64,000 bases of DNA from Candidatus Poribacteria bacterium (GTDB taxonomy: Bacteria; Poribacteria; WGA-4E; PCPOR2b): positions 4,224,001-4,288,000 of the forward strand of contig OZ244587.1 of assembly GCA_965218095.1 (NCBI GenBank), in the 5' to 3' direction. The notes beneath the pieces were generated by a model. It had not been told where the DNA came from. It did no database searches and worked only from the letters and a program-made list of their open reading frames with translations. Positions 54,201-64,000 of the stretch are shown here, one piece after another. Every line of letters starts with the position of its first letter. Position 1 is the stretch's first letter. The position numbers and the translations under genes are program-made.

Positions 54201-54835
54201 TTGGGGTTCCAGCGGGAAAGAACAAGACCATCGCCGTGGATTTGACGGGGAGATTTCTTTCGTCAGATCGCCAGGTAAGAATCGTGACAAATATGCAGAT
54301 CTACTGGGATTCAGCGTTCTTTACAATTGGGCAGGAAAACGTGCCAATCCGCGTAACAGAATTGTCTCCGCATCGCGCCGATCTCCACTATCGTGGTTTC
54401 TCCGAAATGTATCGCCCAACTCCGCATGCGCCGCATCTGTTTGATTACAAAAACGTTGTGAAGGAGAGACAATGGCGTGATTTGGGAGGCTATTACACCC
54501 GGTACGGAGATGTAACGCCACTGCTGCAACACATTGATGATATGTACGTCATCTTGAATGCAGGGGACGAGATGACTGTCGAATTTGACGCGGCTCAGTT
54601 ACCGCCGTTGAAAGAGGGGTGGGCGCGAGATTTTATCCTCTTCAGCGATGGGTGGGATAAAGATGGCGACATCAATACACTCTTATCGCAGACTGTTGAT
54701 CCTTTACCATTTCACGGTATGTCCGCCTATCCGTACCCCGACGAGGAAAGTTATCCTGACGATTTGGAGCATCTGCGTTATCGGCTAGAGTACAATACAC
54801 GGCGCGTGACTTATGGACTGCCGCCCCTCAAGTGA
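51296..54835 (+). CDS. Secreted TPR + FG-GAP/VCBS + ASPIC/UnbV domain protein
   Basis: TPRs; repeated DYDNDGDLD; GIGSKV..HFGLG; GSCPFLY C-terminal domain. Confidence 0.88.
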   Translation: MRLSLRNTQYTICPIFHISRARFFLCFLRVFLFSLPIAPAQQHDADEIITAVIRHQNLGLAYLEESQLGQGIEQFQRLVNLVPDEPIGYGNLAVAYLRLKKSEEAEGWVKRGLEVDPMNSQLHFILAEIYQSQGRTEKAVAAIQEAVKLAPNNPEARYKLVRHYLAQRNNPEATDQAIAHLRVLRQQSLTNVVVLIKLAQSFLQRERTEEAKQICMVLNALLWDVDEEFLKYLKQGLLLIDQGDAKGAARYLRIFDNVQKRSPRYQQGIGELVTNILGHPIEEFSSGFRARVKAKQSPPIQIRFVDVTQELGLSDLEGKRVKVIVTDYDNDGDLDVYTLYNPMTRNLTFQANLFRNEDRKFVYAAELAVGGGDAAAFADLDKDGDQDLYVSTGEGNMFFRNEGDDKFTEIAEAAGIHGDGGGQVVSFVDYDHDGDLDLFTTGDRVEMDRNNSDGTFSDVGDQTFLPSDRPGARGAAFGDFDDDGDTDIFVINDQTGCTLYTNLRQGRMQSITRETGIPQDDPFTAVAVGDYDNDGDLDLFLATNGETPHQLYRNRGDGTFAPDIRSHEQTLSATDGVHGLDAHFLDYDNNGFLDLWLISKRREGDGRGVFLFRNDGTGRFVEAPDLLPDTVRNGLDGAVGDYDNDGDLDLFLIDANDRVVALRNEGGNQNGWLQVRLEGVNAGNNKNNIDGIGSKVELKVGELYQMKYVTDPMTHFGLGAVERADVLRVIWSNGVPQNAILPKANQRIHEKQVLKGSCPFLYIYDGEGYRFLTDLLWRSPLGLVTPMGFLAPAETADYVKIRGDLMKLKAGVYSLQVTEELWEIAYFDQVKLLAVDHPAGTQIFVDEKYTAPPFPEFKIYTAKEVHQPRAAFDHHGNDVSDALKEFDYHYTVEHEPGTFQGVVKPHFIVLDLGDASNDQPLTLFLTGWIFPTDTSINVALSQNPSITPNFPYVQVRDTQGRWQTVIDTIGVPAGKNKTIAVDLTGRFLSSDRQVRIVTNMQIYWDSAFFTIGQENVPIRVTELSPHRADLHYRGFSEMYRPTPHAPHLFDYKNVVKERQWRDLGGYYTRYGDVTPLLQHIDDMYVILNAGDEMTVEFDAAQLPPLKEGWARDFILFSDGWDKDGDINTLLSQTVDPLPFHGMSAYPYPDEESYPDDLEHLRYRLEYNTRRVTYGLPPLK

Positions 54836-54974
54836 ATATTCTCATGCGTATGACGCATCACGAATAGTTTCACCACTTTATGTTCAGGGCAAAACGAGGG
54901 CGGTTGCTCAAGTTTATGCTCCCCGCGTAAGCGCAAAGGTAGGGGTTTTGCTTGATTGCAGATTTGCCTACACT

Positions 54975-55130
54975 GTGTGACACGGATTGCGCAACAGCCA
55001 TCATCTCCATTTCAGAATTCATTCGCAGCATCATCCGAAGCGGGTGCAAAATGTATGGTGAACCGACTTTGTCTTTTTGTCCTTAGTGCGCCTGCACAGC
55101 AAGTAATATCGCTTTCTCAAGGGTAGACAT
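54975..55130 (-). pseudogene. HD-domain (SpoT-like) protein stub
   Basis: MSTLEKAILLAVQAH*GQKDKVGSPYILHPLRMM. Confidence 0.65.
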
Positions 55131-55260
55131 ATTTTCTCCTTGTTTTTCAGTGTAACAAGGTTCAATCAAGGGTGTCAATGACTCTTTTACGTAAAAACGC
55201 CTGCCAAACCCATAGAGAACATTCCTTTCAAAAGGGTATAGTGGAGCATCGTGTTTGTAC

Positions 55261-55289
55261 TTGACAGCATGTATCATGGGTGCTATACT
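55261..55289 (+). promoter_or_regulatory. Sigma70 promoter
   Basis: TTGACA-17 bp-TATACT with TG extension. Confidence 0.6.
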
Positions 55290-55321
55290 AAATGAAAACC
55301 ATGAAAGGAGTCATTGAATCA

Positions 55322-56353
55322 ATGTCCAAAAAGCGGTTATTCCTGTTAGGAATTATTGTATTGGCGGCGTGCATGGCAAGTGTGCTCTATGCTAGCGGAA
55401 CATGGAACATTTTACTGGAGCGGGACCCGGAGATTCGGGATTATTTTGCAATTACTTTTGTTAGCCCAAAGGAAGGTTGGGTCGCTGGGGATGCGCCTTT
55501 AGACATGGATAGTCCAGGATATATTGGTCACACCAAAGATGGTGGCAAAAGTTGGGAGAAGGCGGAAGTCCGGATCGATAAAACCCTCTCAGATATCTAC
55601 TTTGTTGATAAGAAAAACGGTTGGGCCGTCGGCGACGCCGGCATGATTGTTGGCACAAACGACGGCGGCAAGCGCTGGAACATCCAGACGAGTAAAGTCG
55701 ACAATTGGCTTTATGGTGTTCACTTCGTGAATGCGAAGATGGGCTACGCCGTTGGCAAAGGGGAAACCGTCCTCCAAACAAAAAACGGCAAAAGCTGGAA
55801 GCTTCTACGCGGTGGTGAAATTCCCAGTGGGGTCGGTGATGAGCCTGAAGGTGTTTTCTATGCCGTCCACTTTATTGATGAATTAACAGGTTGGGCAGCA
55901 GGTATTTTTGTGGATCCGACTGCTGATACGCAAAACAGCACGATAAAAAAAACCACTGATGGTGGCCAGACCTGGGTTGATCAGCCGACAAACACTGAGA
56001 TTTCTCTCAGAGATATTTTCTTCGTGGACGCCTCTAATGGATGGACGGTTGGAGATGACGGACTTGTGCTTCACACCACAAATGGCGGCGATACCTGGAA
56101 AATTCAAGCGAGTGGAACAGAGGAAAAGCTATTGAGTGTTAGCTTTGCCGACAAGAATGTGGGTTGGGCAGTCGGCGGTGATACGGGCGTCAGTGTTATC
56201 ATTCACACAACCGACAGCGGAGAAACATGGGAAATGCAGCCCATTCAGCATACCCGTATCAGCAAAGTGCCCGCAAATGGTGTTTGTGTTCTGGATGCAG
56301 ATAAGGTTTGGGTTACTGGTAACAATGGTTTCGTCGCGTCATATTCAAAGTAG
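55322..56353 (+). CDS. YCF48-related beta-propeller protein
   Basis: Signal peptide; repeated F.D...GWAVG..G....T.DGG.TW. Confidence 0.88.
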   Translation: MSKKRLFLLGIIVLAACMASVLYASGTWNILLERDPEIRDYFAITFVSPKEGWVAGDAPLDMDSPGYIGHTKDGGKSWEKAEVRIDKTLSDIYFVDKKNGWAVGDAGMIVGTNDGGKRWNIQTSKVDNWLYGVHFVNAKMGYAVGKGETVLQTKNGKSWKLLRGGEIPSGVGDEPEGVFYAVHFIDELTGWAAGIFVDPTADTQNSTIKKTTDGGQTWVDQPTNTEISLRDIFFVDASNGWTVGDDGLVLHTTNGGDTWKIQASGTEEKLLSVSFADKNVGWAVGGDTGVSVIIHTTDSGETWEMQPIQHTRISKVPANGVCVLDADKVWVTGNNGFVASYSK

Positions 56354-56494
56354 CCTCATGAGGTGATGTTCCCTCTTAAAACTATCCGAAAAGTCAGTGG
56401 CTGCTCAACTTCAGTTGGGGAAATTCCCATTAAAGCGCGATAGACATGAGGTCTTAAACACCAAAATCTGATTTTCAAAAATGGAGAAAGGTGA

Positions 56495-57661
56495 ATGAAT
56501 TTTGCAGCTCGAATGAGCCGCCTGGGGACTGAATCTGCCTTCGAGGTGCTCGCCAAAGCAAAAGGACTGGAGGCGCAAGGCAGAGACATTATCCACCTCG
56601 AAATTGGTCAGCCAGATTTTGTAACCCCCATGAATATCTGTGAGGCAGCGTTTAAGGCAATGAAGGATGGTCACACAGGATATGGACCATCTGCTGGTTT
56701 GCTGGAATTTCGTGAAATTGTTGCTGACCATATTTCGGAAACGCGGGGCGTCGAGATTCATCCGGATGAAGTCACCGTCACCTCCGGCGCCAAGCCTATC
56801 ATTTTTTTCACGATTCTGGCGCTTGTCGATGAAGGAGATGAGGTAATCTATCCGGATCCCGGGTTTCCGATTTATGAATCTGTGATCGACTTCATTAGCG
56901 GGAAGGCTGTTCCGCTTCCCTTGCGTGAGGAGGTTGATTTCCGTTTTCGGATTGATGATCTTGTTTCGGCAATTTCAGATCGGACAAAGCTGCTGATCAT
57001 CAACTCGCCCCAAAATCCAACCGGCGGCACGCTGGAAAAAAGCGATTTAGAAGCCATCACAGCGTTGGCAACCAAACACGATTTTTATGTGCTAACGGAT
57101 GAGGTTTACTCGCGGATCCTTTATGAGGGTGCTCATGAAAGCCCTATCAATCACCCTGGTATGAAGGAACGAACCATCTTGATTGATGGGCATTCTAAAA
57201 CGTACGCGATGACTGGGTGGCGGTTGGGCTACGGAATCGCTCCGAAAGAGATAGCTGACAAGATTACGCAGTTGACAATCAATTCTAACTCGTGTACCGC
57301 GACTTTCACACAAATTGCGGGGATCGAAGCCCTGAGGGGGCCGCAAGATTCTGTCACGGAAATGGTTGCCGAGTTCAAGAAACGACGGGATGTGATTGTT
57401 GACGGCCTCAATGCGATTGAAGGTGTGAGTTGCATAAAACCGCTCGGCGCTTTCTACGCGTTTCCGAATGTCACGCAACTTCCGGTTTCTTGTCAAGAAC
57501 TCTCGGACTACCTGCTTGATGAAGGGGGCGTCGCCCTGTTGCCCGGTACGGCTTTCGGCAAATTTGGCGATGGATATTTGAGGCTCTCCTATGCAAATTC
57601 ACTGGAGAATATACGCGAAGCCTTAACCTGTATGGATGCAGCAATTTCAAAGATCCGGTAG
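56495..57661 (+). CDS. Class I/II PLP aminotransferase (aspartate aminotransferase-like)
   Basis: IGQPDF, NSPQNPTG, DEVY, SKTYAMTGWRLGY. Confidence 0.92.
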   Translation: MNFAARMSRLGTESAFEVLAKAKGLEAQGRDIIHLEIGQPDFVTPMNICEAAFKAMKDGHTGYGPSAGLLEFREIVADHISETRGVEIHPDEVTVTSGAKPIIFFTILALVDEGDEVIYPDPGFPIYESVIDFISGKAVPLPLREEVDFRFRIDDLVSAISDRTKLLIINSPQNPTGGTLEKSDLEAITALATKHDFYVLTDEVYSRILYEGAHESPINHPGMKERTILIDGHSKTYAMTGWRLGYGIAPKEIADKITQLTINSNSCTATFTQIAGIEALRGPQDSVTEMVAEFKKRRDVIVDGLNAIEGVSCIKPLGAFYAFPNVTQLPVSCQELSDYLLDEGGVALLPGTAFGKFGDGYLRLSYANSLENIREALTCMDAAISKIR

Positions 57662-57700
57662 TTGCTAAGGTCTGCATTGCTGAAGTTAGCAGGCGATATT

Positions 57701-57755
57701 ATGCACGAACGTATTTCAATTGATCCGAACGTATGCCACGGACAGGCATGTCTAG
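57701..57755 (+). pseudogene. DUF433 antitoxin N-terminal stub
   Basis: MHERISIDPNVCHGQAC. Confidence 0.55.
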
Positions 57756-57773
57756 AGATAAGGAAACCGCGGG

Positions 57774-58700
57774 ATGGAAATCCTTTCTTCGCCCCGTAAA
57801 GCAACCGCTCGTATTCCAGCAAGCACAACAAACTTAGGCCCCGGTTTTGATGTCCTTGGGCTCGCACTCCAACTTTATAGCACGGTCGAGCTTGAGGAGA
57901 TTGACGACGGCGCCGAAATTGTTATCCGTGGCATTGATTCGGAGGTGATTTCAAGCGACACCGATAACATCGCCTATCGCGCAGCCGCTTTGGTTTTTGA
58001 TTGCTATGGGTATAAACCCAAAGGGCTGAGATTGGTTTTAACGAATGGCATTCCTGCAATTCGGGGATTGGGCGGCAGCGGCACAGCAATCCTCGGTGGG
58101 CTGTTGACGGCAAACGCCCTTTGTCATGAGCCTTTTTCCCGTTCTGAATTACTCGATTTTGCCACTAAGCTCGACGGGCATCCAGATAATGTTACGGCAT
58201 CGCTGTTAGGCGGCTTAGTCGTATCCGTGATGCAAGGCCGTCACGTGCACTCAATTAAATTAGATTGTGGTTCAGAGTTGCGCGTTGTCGTGGCAATCCC
58301 TGACTTTCCATTGTCAACCAAACAGGCACGTAGCGTCTTACCCCAAACCGTTCAGTTTCCTGACGCCATCTACAACGTGAGTCGATCTTCATTCCTTGTC
58401 GCAGCAATTGCAACCGGCAATTTAGAGATGTTATCGCTTGCAATGGCAGATCGACTCCATCAACCGTATCGAACCTCCTTGATTCCTGGGTTTGATGAAG
58501 TGGCTGAATCCGCAATGTGTGCAGGTGCACTAAGTGTGGCGTTAAGTGGAGCAGGCCCAAGCATTGCGGCTTACTGCACGACATCGACGCAGGAAGTCGC
58601 TTTGCAGATGAGCCAGGCATTTGCACAGCATCAGATTTCTTGTGATGTTAAGATTCTATCTATCGATTCCATCGGCGCAGCCGTGCGAATCAGTAAATGA
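57774..58700 (+). CDS. thrB: Homoserine kinase
   Basis: PASTTNLGPGFDVLGLAL, RGLGGSG, GHPDNV, DRLHQPYR, LSGAGPS. Confidence 0.93.
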   Translation: MEILSSPRKATARIPASTTNLGPGFDVLGLALQLYSTVELEEIDDGAEIVIRGIDSEVISSDTDNIAYRAAALVFDCYGYKPKGLRLVLTNGIPAIRGLGGSGTAILGGLLTANALCHEPFSRSELLDFATKLDGHPDNVTASLLGGLVVSVMQGRHVHSIKLDCGSELRVVVAIPDFPLSTKQARSVLPQTVQFPDAIYNVSRSSFLVAAIATGNLEMLSLAMADRLHQPYRTSLIPGFDEVAESAMCAGALSVALSGAGPSIAAYCTTSTQEVALQMSQAFAQHQISCDVKILSIDSIGAAVRISK

Positions 58701-58771
58701 GTGAATAAAGCAAGACAAGATTCGCTGATTTTTCCCTTCCTCCTCCTTTTCTAGCCTTTCCTCAGATCAGT

Positions 58772-61534
58772 ATGTCCAATTGGTACACCCAAAAAATTCC
58801 ATACCTTCTGCATGAATTCAAGACCGACCTCGAACGTGGATTGAGTCGTGAAGAGGCGAGTGCCCAACAACGTAGATTTGGCAGCAACCAGATCCAACAG
58901 GCTCACGAAAGTTCACTGTTCATTCTCTTTCTGAAGCAATTTTCCAATTTAACGGTCATTCTCCTGTTTGTTGTTATCTGCATCTTTTTCTACTTTCAGC
59001 ATGCAATTCACGAGGCGTTGGTGCTTTTTGCTATTCTTTGCTTCCATATCCTTTGGCGATTCATTCAGAAAGGAAAAATGCACTATCAACTCCGGTCCAT
59101 CAAACAGCATTTGGAGATGAGTGTATCGGTCATTCGTGGTGGGACTGTTATCAAACTTCCACCCACGGCGATTGTCCCCGGCGATCTGTTTCTCCTTGCT
59201 GAAGGGGATTATATTGCCGCTGATGCCCGCATCGTTGATGCTAATGCCCTACTTGTTGATGAGACCTCGCTGTTTGGGACAACGACGCTCGCTGAAAAAA
59301 CCGATGAAGACATTTCTGCCCCAGGTTTGCCGCCTGAAAAACAGAGGAATATGGTTTTCGCTGGTACATACGTCCTTGAGGGAGAAGCGCGGGCAATTGT
59401 TGTTGCAACTAGCAAACAATTGGAGATAAACAATCCCAGTCGGCGTATGCCCCCGATTCTCGATTTGGATTCGGAAGTGGAAGTGCAGATGGGAATTTTT
59501 CACGACCATTTCCGGATCGCCGGTGGGATATTTGGAGGCGCAGCGATTATCGCTGCTCTGTTGTTCCAAGAGAAAAGTATCGAGGAAAACTGGAGTGAAC
59601 TCCTTTTTCTCGGATTAGGTTTTGTTATCGCTTCGATTCCTGAAGGGGTTGTTTCAACAAGTCGAGCCATCCTTGCTGAACACGCCTATAAGCTCTTAGG
59701 AAAAGGGGTGGCGATTCGTAATCTCATCAATTTGGAAAGGTTGAGCGGTGTTACGGCGGTTTGCATCGATGAAATCGGAAACTTTACGAGAAAGGAGATG
59801 ACTGCTTCGCACGTTTTTGTAGATGAACGTCTTGTGGATCGGGAAATATGGGAAGCTTGGCTGAAATCCCTTGAGAGGAGGACACCAAATGAAATTGATG
59901 AAGATTCAATCCCGACGACGTTGCCGAATTCACAGGTGCCTCCAGAATTTCCGCTGTTGATATTGCTCGCAGGCCGCTGTGCTGGCAATCGTCGCGCGGG
60001 GACGGAGCTGAATCAAACCTCTACTTTGGTGGAAGCAAGTATTGACAACACGCTAAAGCAAATTGCAGAAAAAATCGGATTTGATTTGGAGCGTTACGAT
60101 TCTGCTTTCACCAAAATTGATGAACTGCCTCAGATGCCAGAACGGCCATACAAAACGCTCGTTTTTGCGATCCAGGGGGGAAATTTTTTACATTTGATGT
60201 TCGGCGATGCAGAAGCTATTTTACAGGCTTGCCATCGCATTCAACTACATGGAACAATCGATTATATGAGCGTTAATCAGGAGGAGTTGACACGCCAAGC
60301 GATTCAATACCTATCAGATAGCAAGACCCAGGTCTTTGCCCTCGCTTATCGAAACCTGAGCACTCCTCCCTCTCAGCCGGAGATGAAGCGCAACATGACG
60401 TTTTTGGGTTTGATTGCTTTTACGCAGCTTGAGCACCCGGATTCAAAGAAGATTATCCAATCCTGTCTTGATGCTGGACTCAAAATCGTCACGATAACAG
60501 AAAAAAGCCGGAATATGGCTTCGGATATTGCGAAGGAACTCGGCATTATTCGGGATACAAACGCTGTGGTTGCGAAGGAAGATCTGGACGAGTTTAGCGA
60601 TGCGCATTATGAATCGATCGTGGATCGCTTACTTGTATATTGCCGTCCTTCTCCTGAACAGAAGTTGAATATTGTGCAACATCTGAAACGTCACGAGCAT
60701 CGCGTCGGCTTTTGGGGGAAATCTCCTCAAGATTTACGGGCAATGCGCGTTGCCGATGTGAGTTGTGCTTCTGCCTCTCATTCATCGCATGTTGTCCAAC
60801 AGCATGCGGCGTGTTTGGTACTCAAGGACGGTTTTCATATCATCGCCGATCTGCTACTTCATGTTCGGGAATCGTATCTCAACTTGAGGAGTTCGATGCG
60901 TTGGCTGCTCTCTTCCAGCCTAGCACAGTTAATCACGCTTATTGTTGGAGGTGTGCTGCCTTATCTTGAATCCATTTTTCCACTGTTAGGTAGACTACCA
61001 GCGCCTTTGACCCTTCTTCAGATTATTTGGGTTCACCTGCTCATCAATCTAATCCCACTGATGGGGCTGGGGCATGATCGTATCCGTGGAGAGTTGAGGT
61101 ATATCAGACGTCAGGAGGTTCCGCCGTTCCTCTCGAAACCTGATTTCTCCGATATGTTGTTGCGGAGTCTTGTCATTACATCAATGACCATTTTTAGCTT
61201 TGTTTTTACATTTGTGAGTGCAGAGGCAGCCAAGCAGAGCGCCCATACCGCGGCGCAAACGGCGGCATGTACAACGTTGATTTTTACACAATTGGTCTCG
61301 AACTTCCAATGCCACCGCCATTTCTGGGAATCAGTCTTCCAAAGGATAAAGGCGAATCTTCCTTTATTCTTCACCATTCTTGCGTGCATGGCGTTGCATC
61401 TGGCAATTGTCTATCTGCCAACCACACAGCAGATATTCAGTTTCTCCCCGCTTTTCAAAGCGTGGCAGTGGATACTCCCATTCTGCGGCATTTTGACGTT
61501 TTTGCCCTTGAACCTCACGCTCCAGCGACGTTAA
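58772..61534 (+). CDS. P-type (type II) ATPase homologue with degenerate catalytic motifs
   Basis: GLS.EEA, VPGD, ADARI, IPEG, SPEQK and LQIIWV present; DKTGT reads DEIGN. Confidence 0.85.
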   Translation: MSNWYTQKIPYLLHEFKTDLERGLSREEASAQQRRFGSNQIQQAHESSLFILFLKQFSNLTVILLFVVICIFFYFQHAIHEALVLFAILCFHILWRFIQKGKMHYQLRSIKQHLEMSVSVIRGGTVIKLPPTAIVPGDLFLLAEGDYIAADARIVDANALLVDETSLFGTTTLAEKTDEDISAPGLPPEKQRNMVFAGTYVLEGEARAIVVATSKQLEINNPSRRMPPILDLDSEVEVQMGIFHDHFRIAGGIFGGAAIIAALLFQEKSIEENWSELLFLGLGFVIASIPEGVVSTSRAILAEHAYKLLGKGVAIRNLINLERLSGVTAVCIDEIGNFTRKEMTASHVFVDERLVDREIWEAWLKSLERRTPNEIDEDSIPTTLPNSQVPPEFPLLILLAGRCAGNRRAGTELNQTSTLVEASIDNTLKQIAEKIGFDLERYDSAFTKIDELPQMPERPYKTLVFAIQGGNFLHLMFGDAEAILQACHRIQLHGTIDYMSVNQEELTRQAIQYLSDSKTQVFALAYRNLSTPPSQPEMKRNMTFLGLIAFTQLEHPDSKKIIQSCLDAGLKIVTITEKSRNMASDIAKELGIIRDTNAVVAKEDLDEFSDAHYESIVDRLLVYCRPSPEQKLNIVQHLKRHEHRVGFWGKSPQDLRAMRVADVSCASASHSSHVVQQHAACLVLKDGFHIIADLLLHVRESYLNLRSSMRWLLSSSLAQLITLIVGGVLPYLESIFPLLGRLPAPLTLLQIIWVHLLINLIPLMGLGHDRIRGELRYIRRQEVPPFLSKPDFSDMLLRSLVITSMTIFSFVFTFVSAEAAKQSAHTAAQTAACTTLIFTQLVSNFQCHRHFWESVFQRIKANLPLFFTILACMALHLAIVYLPTTQQIFSFSPLFKAWQWILPFCGILTFLPLNLTLQRR

Positions 61535-61875
61535 TCAATTCAGCTTTTACAGTGCAAATGGCTTGACCGCAAAATCTTCCAGCGTTATCGTGAAACTCCG
61601 CCATCCCCCCGTTACGGCAAACACAACGATGACTTCACAACCAACTCCGATCGTCAGCATCACCAGATTGCGCGCCAGGGGGTAATTGGGAGTCAAGCTA
61701 AACCCATCATACGAATATTTTAACTCGACAATGTTAAGTTAGACAGCAGATCCAGTTATGACGCGGCTTCTCAAGTTCGGTTGTTTGACTTCAAACCCTG
61801 ATGAAATCAGGATTTACGTGGTAATTTAACATTGTCAAATTAACATTAATTGAGTGAATTGGTACGGAGAACTTT

Positions 61876-63954
61876 ATGGCGCGGAAATACCCGATTGAAT
61901 GTGTACGAAACATCGGCATCATGGCACACATCGATGCCGGCAAAACAACCACAACAGAACGCATTTTATTCTATACAGGCAAAAAACATAAGATCGGCGC
62001 CGTAGATGATGGAACTGCGGAAATGGATTGGATGGTTCAGGAGCGTGAACGCGGCGTCACCATCACCGCTGCAGTGACGACCTGTTTTTGGCGCAATCAC
62101 ATCATTCACCTGATCGACACGCCAGGACACGTCGATTTCACGGTTGAAGTCGAACGATCGCTCCGCGTACTTGATGGCGCCGTCGCCCTATTCTGTGCAG
62201 TCGGTGGCGTTGAACCGCAATCCGAAACGGTTTGGCGTCAAGCTGAGCGCTACCACATCCCACGCATTGCTTTCGTAAACAAAATGGATCGGGTTGGTGC
62301 GAATTTTCCGCGTGTTATCGAAATGATAAAAGATCGATTAGGCACCAATCCATTACTTATTCAATTGCCAATCGGCTCTGAAGGTCAGTTCTCAGGCGTA
62401 ATCGATCTCATCCGTATGAAAGCCGTCTATTGGCATGAAGCCGATCAAGGGCAGACCTTTGATTTGGGGAACATTCCGCCAGCACTGCAAGCAGAAGCGG
62501 AAGGCGCCCGTGAGGTGATAGTTGAATCCGTTGCGAGCGAAGATGATGTGCTTCTGGAAACATATCTTGAAGGCAGGGAAATCACGGAAGCGGAACTTCG
62601 GAATGGCATTCGTATGGGAACGTTGAAAAACGCTTTCGTTCCTGTATTGTGCGGAACAGCGTTAAAGAATCAAGGCATCCAGCCGTTGCTCGACGTAGTT
62701 GTCGATTTCCTCCCCTCGCCGGTTGACGTACCGCCAATTGCGGGAATCGTCCTGAAGATGAATCGAGAGGAAGTGCGTGAGTCGAAGGATAACGCACCGT
62801 TCACCGCTTTAGCGTTCAAGGTCGCCAGTGACCCAAATGTCGATAAGATCGTTTACTGCCGCATCTACTCCGGGACGCTCAAGCGTGGGGCGGTCGTTTA
62901 CAACGTGACGAAAGACACAAAAGAGCGGGTGACGCGGATTTTGCAAATGCACGCCAACAAACGGGAGGGCTGTGATGAAGCCCACGCAGGAGACATCGTT
63001 GCACTTGTCGGGTTGAAAAGAACCATGACCGGGGACACTTTGGCAGATACCTCGCATCCAGTTCTGCTGGAATCAATGGCCTTTCCGGAACCAGTGATTT
63101 CTGTAGCCCTTGAACCGAGGTCTGAGAGGGATAAGGATAAGCTGGAAGCGACACTTCAGGTTCTGATGGAAGAGGATCCGACCTTTTCGGTAAAAATTGA
63201 CCAAGAAACCGGGCAGAGGGTGATTTCGGGCATGGGCGAGCTTCATCTGGAGATCTTGACAGATCGACTGCTTCGTGAGTTCAGGATCAATGCCCGCGTA
63301 AGTAAATTGCAGGTCGCCTATCGTGAGACGATCAGCCGGGTTGCCGAAGCCCAAGGCAAATATATCCACCAAATCGATAACGAGGGCATCTATGGGGACG
63401 TGATACTAAGGTTGGAAGCTCTGCCAAGAGGAGAAGGGTTTGAATTTGTGGATGAAAGCGACGAAACAAAGATTCCTCGTCAGTATGTTCCCGCAATTGA
63501 AAGTGCCGTGAAAAGCGCAATGTCGAATGGGGTCCTAACTGGCTTCCCGATGCAAGACATCAAAGCGGTTCTCGTTGGTGGTTCATACCATGAGACAGAT
63601 TCGTCGGAGATTGCCTTTGAAGCCGCCGCTGTTGCTGCTTTTGAAAATGCCGCCGAAAAAGCCTCCCCCGTTCTGTTGGAGCCAATCATGAAAATTCAAG
63701 TCATCGCTCCGAGCGAGCACATTGGAAAAGTGATTGGCGATCTCAATTCACGTCGCGCTCAGATTACCGAAATCGGGACCGTCGGAACGGCGGAATCTAT
63801 CGATTCCGATGTCCCGTTAGCGCGGATGTTTCAGTACACAACGGATCTGCGCTCGCTGACTCAGGGACGGGGCACGTTCACGATGGAATTCTCCCATTAC
63901 AACGTTGCGCCTGCCACCACACGAGATGCTGTTGTGAATAAACCGCTGTTTTAG
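61876..63954 (+). CDS. fusA: Elongation factor G (stand-alone copy)
   Basis: [43 protein letters not shown]. Confidence 0.93.
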   Translation: MARKYPIECVRNIGIMAHIDAGKTTTTERILFYTGKKHKIGAVDDGTAEMDWMVQERERGVTITAAVTTCFWRNHIIHLIDTPGHVDFTVEVERSLRVLDGAVALFCAVGGVEPQSETVWRQAERYHIPRIAFVNKMDRVGANFPRVIEMIKDRLGTNPLLIQLPIGSEGQFSGVIDLIRMKAVYWHEADQGQTFDLGNIPPALQAEAEGAREVIVESVASEDDVLLETYLEGREITEAELRNGIRMGTLKNAFVPVLCGTALKNQGIQPLLDVVVDFLPSPVDVPPIAGIVLKMNREEVRESKDNAPFTALAFKVASDPNVDKIVYCRIYSGTLKRGAVVYNVTKDTKERVTRILQMHANKREGCDEAHAGDIVALVGLKRTMTGDTLADTSHPVLLESMAFPEPVISVALEPRSERDKDKLEATLQVLMEEDPTFSVKIDQETGQRVISGMGELHLEILTDRLLREFRINARVSKLQVAYRETISRVAEAQGKYIHQIDNEGIYGDVILRLEALPRGEGFEFVDESDETKIPRQYVPAIESAVKSAMSNGVLTGFPMQDIKAVLVGGSYHETDSSEIAFEAAAVAAFENAAEKASPVLLEPIMKIQVIAPSEHIGKVIGDLNSRRAQITEIGTVGTAESIDSDVPLARMFQYTTDLRSLTQGRGTFTMEFSHYNVAPATTRDAVVNKPLF

Positions 63955-64000
63955 TAGCAGATGTGAAACAACATGAAAGTTAATTCGTTCCATTTTCGCT

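Noticed and set aside
61545-61720. Possible RAYT transposase remnant
   Set aside because: Only a faint resemblance; no HUH or catalytic Tyr motif is identifiable.

Overview
A 64-kb bacterial window of about 50% GC. The gene mix (PhyH dioxygenases, several Gfo/Idh/MocA oxidoreductases, Sel1 and TPR/FG-GAP proteins, YCF48) resembles Ca. Poribacteria or similar sponge symbionts; this is inference only. Core genes are hsdR (partial), selA, thiC with a TPP riboswitch, thiE, thiG, lgt, birA, an aminotransferase, thrB and fusA. They are interspersed with catabolic enzymes, many gene stubs and pseudogenes, IS3, IS5, IS982 and IS1595 elements, an IS982-type MITE, a probable group II intron 5' fragment and a candidate 6S RNA. 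Four observations stand out: (1) three paralogous HNH-Sel1 genes plus a TIGR02391-like gene behind thiG, with a diverged duplicate of the thiG 3' end; (2) an intact 2.2-kb IS1595 element with a 9-bp TSD, inward promoters in both ends and unknown small-ORF/hairpin cargo; (3) a 27-30 bp palindromic mini-element inserted without TSD at three similar sites, one of which breaks an IS3 transposase; (4) a full-length P-type ATPase homologue whose catalytic motifs are systematically altered. All family assignments are by motif recognition; no searches were run.
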